Positions 10,058 to 16,989 of a stretch of DNA of 23,280 nt are shown here, one piece after another. Every line of letters starts with the position of its first letter. Positions within the stretch are counted from its first letter, which is position 1. The position numbers and the translations under genes were made by a program. Source of the stretch: Archangium sp. (GTDB lineage: Bacteria; Myxococcota; Myxococcia; Myxococcales; Myxococcaceae); contig JANLPS010000270.1 in the NCBI GenBank assembly GCA_031367385.1, forward strand, positions 1 through 23,280. Direction: 5' to 3'. The notes under the pieces were generated by a model, which searched no databases, had not been told where the DNA came from, and saw nothing but the letters and a program-made list of their open reading frames with translations.

Positions 10058-11004
10058 TGAAACGTTCCTCCAACGCTGACGACGCCGCCACCGGCAATCG
10101 GCATCACCGCGACGCTCGGCCCTGACGCCGGCGACGTACCCCAAATCACAGCGCCCACGATGATCGCCGCTGCGCCCACGCCGACCGCCGCGAGCCCGAT
10201 GCCCTGCCGCAGGCGCGTACCCGCAACCTTGCCCGCATCGTCAGCCACGACGTTCGTGTCATCGAACCGAATCGGCTCAGCCGTGAGCCCATACGCGGCT
10301 CCGAAGATCACGGCCGCCAGGCCCGCGCCGATCGTCACGTACGCGATGGTGCGAGTCGAATCGTTCGAAGCCTGCACCATCGGCGGCTGCGGAGGAGGCG
10401 CCTCCACCACCGGTTTCACCGCGACCGGCGCATCGATCACCACCGGCGGCGCCGGCTCAGGCTTCACGACCACCACAGGCGTGGGCGCGACCACCACCGC
10501 CCGCGAGGTCGGCAGCTTGGTGAGCTCGAGCTCTCCGACCAGCTTGGCCAGCGCCTCACGAGCGACCGCTCCGAAGGCGGCCTTGCCCTTCGGCAGCGTC
10601 ACCGAGATCTGCCGCCGCACCAGCGACCCGTCGTCGCCGACGACCCGACCCGCCGCCACCACGTTCTTCTCAATCGTGTAGTCGATCGACGCGTAGATTG
10701 CGTAGAGCGTCTCGGCCTTCTGCGCGAGCTGCTGCAAACACCCGTCGTCGCGATCGCAGTCTTGCCGCTTCAACGCAATCAGCGCCTCGGTCGAAACCGC
10801 CGTCGAGGGCACCGAGAGCTTGGCCACGCGCAGCAGCCGCGGGAGCTCGACGCGCAGCTCCTCGATCTCCTTCTTCGAAAACCCGGGCGCGACGCGCTGC
10901 ACATCGAGCGTGAAGGGCATCACCGACGCAGTCGCCTCTTGCGCGAGGGCGCCCGTCGAGATCAACGCGGCCAGCACCACAGACACCCGGTTTCGGTTCG
11001 TCAT
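10054..11004 (-). CDS. exported/membrane protein with Pro/Val-rich linker and C-terminal hydrophobic helices
   Basis: Signal peptide ending ALA-Q; CDRDDGCL Cys pair; two Gly/Ala-rich TM-like segments; C-terminal ...VSVGGTFQ. Starts immediately after the kinase stop. Confidence 0.8.
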   Translation of the reverse strand: MTNRNRVSVVLAALISTGALAQEATASVMPFTLDVQRVAPGFSKKEIEELRVELPRLLRVAKLSVPSTAVSTEALIALKRQDCDRDDGCLQQLAQKAETLYAIYASIDYTIEKNVVAAGRVVGDDGSLVRRQISVTLPKGKAAFGAVAREALAKLVGELELTKLPTSRAVVVAPTPVVVVKPEPAPPVVIDAPVAVKPVVEAPPPQPPMVQASNDSTRTIAYVTIGAGLAAVIFGAAYGLTAEPIRFDDTNVVADDAGKVAGTRLRQGIGLAAVGVGAAAIIVGAVIWGTSPASGPSVAVMPIAGGGVVSVGGTFQ

Positions 11005-12570
11005 TTAGAATCCCAACTTGCTCTGGAGCGCATCGAGGCTCTGCTGTGCCTCGACGCAGTCATTCGTGGTCGTCGCCTTCGAAATGCCGACGCTCAAGGT
11101 TGTCTCTTCAGCACGCCAGATGGCGTATTTGGCCGGGCTGTCGGCTGACAGCGTGCCCAGCTCTTTCAACGTCTTCTCGAGAATGTTTCGCCAATTTCGG
11201 TCGGGAGCGCACACCTCTTCGGTGATCTGCAAATACGTTCGCTTCTTCACCTGTTTCGGTTGGCTCTTCGGCACCGCCGGCGCCTTGAGTGAAGCCAGCT
11301 CTTCAATCGGCTCGGGCGGGGGGGGCTCGGCCACCACCGGCCCGGGCTGCACCGCAACCACCGGCATCGTCGGAGCAGCAGCCGCCGGCACCACCGCCAC
11401 CGGCTTGACCGGCCGGCCCGCGAACACACCGAACAGCAGCCACAACAGCACCAGCAGCGCGACGGCCCCCACCACCCAGGGCCACCGTCGCTTGCCTTGA
11501 ACCCGCAATGGCAGGAGCAGCGGTGTCGGCGCAGCGACGGCCCGATTCGTCGGGGCCAACGGGGCAGGGGCGGGCACCACGAGCGGCACCGGCACCGCCT
11601 CCGCGCTCTGCTCCTGTGGGGCCGGGGTCGCCGAAGCGCGGTACGGCGCCACGAAGCCAACGCCCGTCGACCCATCGCTCAGCTCACGCTCGAGCCGGGC
11701 CAACCGCTTCGCGACCTCGGAGGCCGTGGCGGGGCGGTGCGAGGGCTCTTTGCTCATCAACGCGAACACCAGCGCATCGAGCTCGACACTCACATCGGGC
11801 GTCAGGTCGCGCACGTGGGGCACCGCGGCGTTCACGTGCTGCGAGACCATCACGTTGACACTCGAGGCCTGATACGGCCGCTGCCCGGTGAGCATCTCGT
11901 GAAGAATCACGCCCAGCGCATACAGGTCGCTCGAGGGCGTGACCGGCTGCTGCTGCAGCGTCTCCGGGGCGACGTACTCAGGAGTCCCCTCCGCGATCGT
12001 CGTCTGCTGCCCGTGATCTCGCGCCAGCCCGAAGTCGATCAGCTTGAGCCAGTCGACGAACTTGCCGTGATCTTTCGCGAGCTTCAGCATGATGTTCGCG
12101 GGCTTCAAGTCGCGATGCACCAGGCCCTTCTCGTGAACCGCCTCGAGCGCGTCGGCGATTCGCAGCCCGATGCGCACGGCTTGAATCGGCCCCAGCTGGT
12201 GATGCTTGCTCAGGAGCGCGTCGAGGGTCTCGCCCTTGAGGTACTCCATCGCGATGTACTGAAAAGAATCGGTGCGACCGACCGCGAGCACCTTCACCAC
12301 CGTGGGGTGATCGATTTGCTGCAGCACGTCGGCTTCGCGCTCGATCAGCTGCCCCAGCGGCATGCACTTCACCACTGTGCGCTGGCCCGGCAGGCTCAGG
12401 TTGTCGGCGAGAAAGACCGTACCGAACCCACCCGTGGTCAGCTTCTCGACGATGCGGTGGCCGCTCAGCACATCGCCAGGCGAGGGGAGCGCGCCAGCCT
12501 GGGCCTGCGCCTCGGCGCTCAGCGTGTTCGACACGCGAACGGTCGGCTCATTCGGCTCGCTGGCTGCCAT
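11005..12570 (-). CDS. Hanks-type membrane Ser/Thr protein kinase
   Basis: GGFGTVF, VVK, HRDLKPANIML, LIDFGLA, GTPEYVAPE and SDLYALGVILHEM motifs; TM helix (WPWVVGAVALLVLLWLLFGVFA); small C-terminal extracytoplasmic domain with a Cys pair. Confidence 0.95.
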   Translation of the reverse strand: MAASEPNEPTVRVSNTLSAEAQAQAGALPSPGDVLSGHRIVEKLTTGGFGTVFLADNLSLPGQRTVVKCMPLGQLIEREADVLQQIDHPTVVKVLAVGRTDSFQYIAMEYLKGETLDALLSKHHQLGPIQAVRIGLRIADALEAVHEKGLVHRDLKPANIMLKLAKDHGKFVDWLKLIDFGLARDHGQQTTIAEGTPEYVAPETLQQQPVTPSSDLYALGVILHEMLTGQRPYQASSVNVMVSQHVNAAVPHVRDLTPDVSVELDALVFALMSKEPSHRPATASEVAKRLARLERELSDGSTGVGFVAPYRASATPAPQEQSAEAVPVPLVVPAPAPLAPTNRAVAAPTPLLLPLRVQGKRRWPWVVGAVALLVLLWLLFGVFAGRPVKPVAVVPAAAAPTMPVVAVQPGPVVAEPPPPEPIEELASLKAPAVPKSQPKQVKKRTYLQITEEVCAPDRNWRNILEKTLKELGTLSADSPAKYAIWRAEETTLSVGISKATTTNDCVEAQQSLDALQSKLGF

Positions 12571-12687
12571 GGGGCGGCGGTTCTACCAATTTGGCGCAAG
12601 TTGCTCCAGAAAGTGTCGTGGTTTGGCGCAGTTATTTGTCAGTGGCCACTGGCGTTCCGACCCGGACCCGTGATGTGCAGCGCTCCC

Positions 12688-13563
12688 ATGGTCAAACTTC
12701 TGAGCCTCTCGAAAGCCGAGCTGCACCACGCTCCGGCACCGCGCGTGAGTCTCGCCGCCACCATCGGCGAGCGAACGTACGCCTTCGACTCGACGTCAGT
12801 CGTCGAATGCCTTCAAATGGCGTTCGGTGCGACCCCCGAGCTCCAGCGCACGCTTCGCCCAGCCACCACCGCCGACCTCCAGAGCCTGCTCGCCAAAGAC
12901 GTCTCGACCGGCTCGAAGAACTTGGTGGAGTGGATGCGGAACCCCCAAGACCGCAAGCCCGTGACGGCAGAGGAGCTCGGGGCTCGGGTCAGCCGGTTGT
13001 TGGGCATCGCAGTCAGGCCCGAGGGCTTCTTGCGGAAGGCCGCAGACGCGCTCCCCGCGGTGCGCAGGCCGTCGCTCGCCGTGGCCTCGGTCATTGGCGG
13101 GCTCCGATCGCTCGGGGTTGATCTCCGCATCCCCAAGACCCGGGCGACTGCAGCGGCGATTGGCGCTGAGGTCGCCGACTTCGCCGAGACTTTTGAAGAA
13201 GCGACGCCGATGCTCTTCGGGCAGCTTAACGGCGGCTTGAGGATGAACCGGTTTCACGGGGGTGACACCCCGTACGCGATGCTTCGTGACATCTTCAGAG
13301 ACTCGATGAGCGCCAAGGGCCTCGCTGAGCGCAACGGGCTGACCCTCACGCGCAAGCAAGAGAAACAACTCGACGGCTGGGTCGACCGCAAGGCACGGTT
13401 TCTCGCGACCGAGACGACCACGTTCTTCAAAAACCGCGACCCCATGACGTACCCAGAAACGATGTCTGGCTTCCTCGACGTGTTGATCTCAGACCTGGTC
13501 GACTCGGGGGTGCTGCCCGCAGAAGACAAGCCGCGCTCGGGGTGGCGGTTCGGGCCGGAGTGA
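12688..13563 (+). CDS. hypothetical protein (291 aa)
   Basis: 3' part of the 11497-13563 ORF, from ATG 12688. It fills the gap between the divergent kinase and the convergent gene at 13565. No family recognised. Confidence 0.7.
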   Translation: MVKLLSLSKAELHHAPAPRVSLAATIGERTYAFDSTSVVECLQMAFGATPELQRTLRPATTADLQSLLAKDVSTGSKNLVEWMRNPQDRKPVTAEELGARVSRLLGIAVRPEGFLRKAADALPAVRRPSLAVASVIGGLRSLGVDLRIPKTRATAAAIGAEVADFAETFEEATPMLFGQLNGGLRMNRFHGGDTPYAMLRDIFRDSMSAKGLAERNGLTLTRKQEKQLDGWVDRKARFLATETTTFFKNRDPMTYPETMSGFLDVLISDLVDSGVLPAEDKPRSGWRFGPE

Positions 13564-13564
13564 C

Positions 13565-14161
13565 TTACGGCCAGGGCTCGAGCACCGCGCACGTCACCTC
13601 ACCCCAGTCGCCAGTCGACACCGGCTCGAGCAAGATTCGGTACTCGCCATTGGCGACTTGAACGCGAACGCCTTGCTCGTCGGAGAGGTCGACGTCACCC
13701 GCCGAGCCCCGCGCGAACGGCTCTCCAGGAGCAGTGGTTGGCATGCAGGCGAGCACGCCCGACTTGACCTTGATGCGGCCAGCCTCGACCGCCTTTCGCG
13801 GGAGCGACGCTGCGAATGCGAGCCGGGCCTGCTCCTGAGATGTGCCTTCGGAGAACCCTTCGACCAGCACGACGCGCCCCCCGCGCTTGAACACCTCGAC
13901 CCGCCCAGGGCCGCTCTCACTGAGCGAGATCACCCACCCGCTGACCTCGGCACCTTTGACCGCCGCGAAGGTGAGGGGCTGGGTGTCAGCCGGGTAGATT
14001 GCGTCGAAGGCGCTTTGCCAATCACTGCCCTCGGGCTCGAACTCGACCGGGCCGTTCGAAGAGCCGTGCCACCGGGGTGCATCGGCAGCGTCGATCAAGA
14101 GCAACATGATGCTGTTGTTGATGCTCACCACTTCGCCAATTCGCGTCAGGGCGTCGGTCAT
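13565..14161 (-). CDS. hypothetical protein, possibly Imm21-like immunity protein
   Basis: LLLIDAADAPRWHG...SDWQSA and LACMPTTAPG...VRVQVANGEYRI resemble Imm21 motifs as recalled; not verified by search. Confidence 0.5.
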   Translation of the reverse strand: MTDALTRIGEVVSINNSIMLLLIDAADAPRWHGSSNGPVEFEPEGSDWQSAFDAIYPADTQPLTFAAVKGAEVSGWVISLSESGPGRVEVFKRGGRVVLVEGFSEGTSQEQARLAFAASLPRKAVEAGRIKVKSGVLACMPTTAPGEPFARGSAGDVDLSDEQGVRVQVANGEYRILLEPVSTGDWGEVTCAVLEPWP

Positions 14162-14170
14162 GAAGACGCG

Positions 14171-14815
14171 TCATAGCCCGCCTTTGCTCTGTTCGGGCAG
14201 AAGCACGAGCTCGGCATCAATGCTGATTTTGATGATGTCTCCCACCACGACACCAGCGCCCTCACCGGGGAAGTCCCACAGAATGCCGAAGTCTCTGCGA
14301 TTGACCGACGCCGTGGCCTCGATGCTGCGGCGTATGCCCCCCGCGTGATTGAACGGGGCCGAGACGGTGACCGCGAGCGTGACCGGCTTGGTCACGCCGT
14401 GCATCGTCAGGGCACCCGTCACTGCGAAGGCGGTGCCGCTCGATTTGGTCGAGCTGGTCGAGACGAAGGTGATGACCGGGTACTTGGCCGCGTCGAAGAA
14501 GTCGGGGCTCTTCAGGTGCGTGTCACGTTCTTCAACTCCGGTGGTGATCGAGCCCACGTCGATGGTCGCGTTGACGGCGGAGTTGGCTGGCGTGGCCTGA
14601 TCGAGCGTGACAGTGCCCGAAGGCTTTTGAAACATGCCGCGCACGTTGGTGAAGACGTGCTTGCACACGAACGTGACCGAAGAGTTTTCGGGGTCGAGAT
14701 CCCACTTCGATCTCTGGGGAATCGCTGGGACTGGCAGCTTCTCTTGACCGGTGTCGCGAGAGGTGCAGCCGAGAACGAACAGCAACGTGATGACTGCGAA
14801 CATCGCTGAGCGCAT
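14171..14815 (-). CDS. yceI: YceI family polyisoprenoid-binding protein (lipoprotein signal)
   Basis: WDLDPENSSVTF, SITTGVEERDTHLKSPDFFDAAKYPVITFVST, GALTMHGVTKPV and NRRDFGI motifs; ATG 14815 with GGAG upstream; lipobox VLGC. Confidence 0.92.
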   Translation of the reverse strand: MRSAMFAVITLLFVLGCTSRDTGQEKLPVPAIPQRSKWDLDPENSSVTFVCKHVFTNVRGMFQKPSGTVTLDQATPANSAVNATIDVGSITTGVEERDTHLKSPDFFDAAKYPVITFVSTSSTKSSGTAFAVTGALTMHGVTKPVTLAVTVSAPFNHAGGIRRSIEATASVNRRDFGILWDFPGEGAGVVVGDIIKISIDAELVLLPEQSKGGL

Positions 14816-14888
14816 GAAAGGTCTCCCCAAGAGCAGGTGAAGAGACACAGGCGTGCCGAAAGTTTCACAGCGCGCGCACTTCGATGAA

Positions 14889-14913
14889 TGGGCCCTGCAG
14901 GATTCGAACCTGC
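14889..14913 (-). other. att site: displaced 3' fragment of a tRNA gene (T-arm + acceptor strand + discriminator)
   Basis: Minus strand reads GCAGG-TTCGAAT-CCTGC-AGGGCCC-A: a perfect T stem-loop plus a 7-nt acceptor strand and A73. No 5' tRNA half upstream. Lies about 110 bp from the integrase start. Confidence 0.85.
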
Positions 14914-15022
14914 AAAGTATTCTCGAGACTCATGATTTGCGTCAAAATATAAGCACTTGGCTGCACTGAGCCGCACTGCTTAGTGGGTGCGGAGTGGGTA
15001 TTTTTCGCCTACAAACACCTCT

Positions 15023-16036
15023 ATGGATCGATCGGATACGTGGGACGGCGGTTTTAAGCGGCGAAATTCCAAAGGCAAGAAGGTCTACATCATACGCCAG
15101 CGCATCGCGGGGAAGCTGTACGAGGTCAGCACCCGGTGCACGTCGAGCGCTGCCGCCGATGCCCAGCACAGGCGGTTTCAGGCCGACCCGGACGGGTACA
15201 AACCCGGGGGAGACGCTCAGCGCACGGCGCTCACCCTTGACGTTGACCTTGCCGAGGCGTTTCTAAAGTACAGCCGAGATGTCAAAAAGAACTGTTTGTC
15301 GTGGGTCTACGACCAGCAGAATTCGCTCGCATGGTGGCAAGAGCAGCTTGATGGTTGCGACCTTCGCCGATTGACGGCCGACCGCATCGTGGCCGCCCTC
15401 GAGACCCTCCCGAAGCGCAGGGGCTGGAAGCAAAACATCACGGTGCTCAAGACGCTCTACAGTTGGCTGAGAAACGAAAGGCGGACACTCACCACGGCAG
15501 AGGATCCGACCTACGGAACGATCAAGGTGCCGCAGTCGAAACCCGAACAGATTGACACGGTGAAGGCGATCACCCTCGCTCAGTACAAAGCGGCGATGAG
15601 GAAGCTCGAAGACTGGCCTCGCGACGCCCTGCACGTGCTCGCTGGCACCGGTTGGCACGTCTCCGAGCTCCAGCGCTTCGCCTCGGGAGGCAAGATCGAA
15701 AAGCACCCACGCAACGACCAATGGGTGTTGATGTGCCCACTAACGAAGGGTGGGGTACCGCTTCGAACTGAAGTGACCGCGAAGGTGGCAGCGGCCGCGA
15801 AGCGGATCCGAAAAAAGGGCGCGGTCGATTACTTCGAATTGCAGGCGGCGATAAAAGCCACAGGTGCGAAGTTCAATCCGGGCTATCTCAGGCACTCGGT
15901 AGCGACGTGGGCGATCAACTCGGGCGACGACCCTGCGAAGGTAGCGGCGTTTCTGGGTCACAAGTCACCCGCGACGACGCGAAAGTTCTACGCAACGCAC
16001 GCCGTGCCGTTCAAGATCGCCACCCTCGGCGACTAG
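15023..16036 (+). CDS. int: tyrosine recombinase / integrase
   Basis: LAGTGWHVSEL, TKGG, LRHSVATW and FLGHKSPATTRKFY motifs; adjacent to the tRNA-derived att. Alternative GTG start at 14987. Confidence 0.9.
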   Translation: MDRSDTWDGGFKRRNSKGKKVYIIRQRIAGKLYEVSTRCTSSAAADAQHRRFQADPDGYKPGGDAQRTALTLDVDLAEAFLKYSRDVKKNCLSWVYDQQNSLAWWQEQLDGCDLRRLTADRIVAALETLPKRRGWKQNITVLKTLYSWLRNERRTLTTAEDPTYGTIKVPQSKPEQIDTVKAITLAQYKAAMRKLEDWPRDALHVLAGTGWHVSELQRFASGGKIEKHPRNDQWVLMCPLTKGGVPLRTEVTAKVAAAAKRIRKKGAVDYFELQAAIKATGAKFNPGYLRHSVATWAINSGDDPAKVAAFLGHKSPATTRKFYATHAVPFKIATLGD

Positions 16037-16284
16037 CTGATTTTGATGTCGCGTATCGACCCGGCCGACTTCCTCACCCGGGGTTTGTACGGCGCTCGCT
16101 CTGTCAGTAACGCGTCACCGGAGCGAGCCAGAGCCTCGACCTGCTCGAGTGGTATTCGCGCCCGACCGAGCAACGTCACGGGTCGCAGAAGGCCCGTGCG
16201 GATCAATGCGTGAAGCGAATCGTTTCGACCGATGCCGAGCATCTTTGCAGCTGCGCTGAAAGAAAGAAGGATCGGCCCGAACAC
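16033..16284 (-). CDS. excisionase-like HTH protein (MerR/Xis-type)
   Basis: LLSFSAAAKMLGIG...LIRTGLLRPV..GRARIP is a typical Xis/HTH_17 pattern. Convergent with int, with overlapping stops. Confidence 0.75.
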   Translation of the reverse strand: MFGPILLSFSAAAKMLGIGRNDSLHALIRTGLLRPVTLLGRARIPLEQVEALARSGDALLTERAPYKPRVRKSAGSIRDIKIS

Positions 16285-16307
16285 GACGTCATCAGTGGCA
16301 CACCGCT

Positions 16308-16392
16308 CACCGAAACCTCAAGTTTCGCTGCGGGTCGATCGAGGCGACAGGTACTTAGCGATCTCAGATTTCTGACGTGCACCGAAACTTGA
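16308..16392. promoter_or_regulatory. three 13-bp operator-like repeats in a divergent promoter region
   Basis: CACCGAAACCTCA (16308-16320), CAGCGAAACTTGA (minus strand, 16318-16330) and CACCGAAACTTGA (16380-16392). Confidence 0.55.
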
Positions 16393-16424
16393 TCGCGAGA
16401 CGATCGATCGCGTACTGCTGAAGG

Positions 16425-16655
16425 GTGAACCAGAAAACACAAAGCACGATCCGCAAGTCTGGCTGTGCACCTTTACCCGACGATCTGCGTGCCTTGCTCA
16501 CACGCTTAGTCGAGCACAATGGCGTCAAGGCGGCCGTTGCCGCATCAAAGCTCAGCCCGCCTGCCTTTGCGCGAGCCCTGGCGGGGCTGCCGATCAATCA
16601 GGGCACCGTCGCGGTGATAAGGCTGATGGCGCTCGACGCAGGGGCCGCACCGTGA
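16425..16655 (+). CDS. small Cro-like HTH protein
   Basis: GVKAAVAASKLSPPAFARALAG is HTH-like. First gene of the rightward operon; GTG start with AAGG upstream. Confidence 0.6.
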   Translation: MNQKTQSTIRKSGCAPLPDDLRALLTRLVEHNGVKAAVAASKLSPPAFARALAGLPINQGTVAVIRLMALDAGAAP

Positions 16656-16924
16656 GCGGCCTGGCCGAGACCGACGCTCTCCGAGCTGAAAACCAAGCGC
16701 TCAAGCGCGCCGTTCGCCTTGAGATCTACGGCAACCTTGAGCGCGGGATCTCGCCGCACATGCTGAGCGTGCTCGCGATTGCCTTGCCAACCGAAGGTGA
16801 GCGCTATTGGAGCCCTGCGACGGAGAACCTTCGCGCAAGCCTTCAAGCTGGCGTGTTGCCGCTCATAGACCTCGAGCAGATGGTCTCCCGGCTCGGTTTC
16901 ACCTTCGGCGTCAACGGCGCCTGA
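16652..16924 (+). CDS. hypothetical protein
   Basis: GTGA overlap with the previous gene; 90 aa. Confidence 0.6.
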   Translation: MSGLAETDALRAENQALKRAVRLEIYGNLERGISPHMLSVLAIALPTEGERYWSPATENLRASLQAGVLPLIDLEQMVSRLGFTFGVNGA

Positions 16925-16961
16925 AAACAAACGGCCCGGTCACCCGCGACGGTGCCGAGCC
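16924..16961 (-). terminator. putative intrinsic terminator on the antisense strand
   Basis: Minus strand GGCTCGGCACC-GTCGCG-GGTGACCGGGCC (one bulge, one G-T pair) followed by GTTTGTTTT. Confidence 0.5.
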
Positions 16962-16989
16962 CAAGCCACAACGATCGTGAAAGGATCGC

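Noticed and set aside
12591..12640. TTGGC...TTGC sigma-54-like promoter
   Set aside because: GG-to-GC spacing is 8 nt instead of 10; the second copy lacks the GC.
11497..12687. 5' part of the 688-aa plus-strand ORF
   Set aside because: Antisense to the kinase; only the part from ATG 12688 looks like a real gene.
14944..14960. IHF-like site AAAATATAAGCACTTG near att
   Set aside because: About three mismatches to WATCAANNNNTTR; too weak to call.
14840..14990. Complete tRNA gene at the att site
   Set aside because: Only the T-arm and 3' acceptor strand are present; no matching 5' acceptor, D-arm or anticodon arm.
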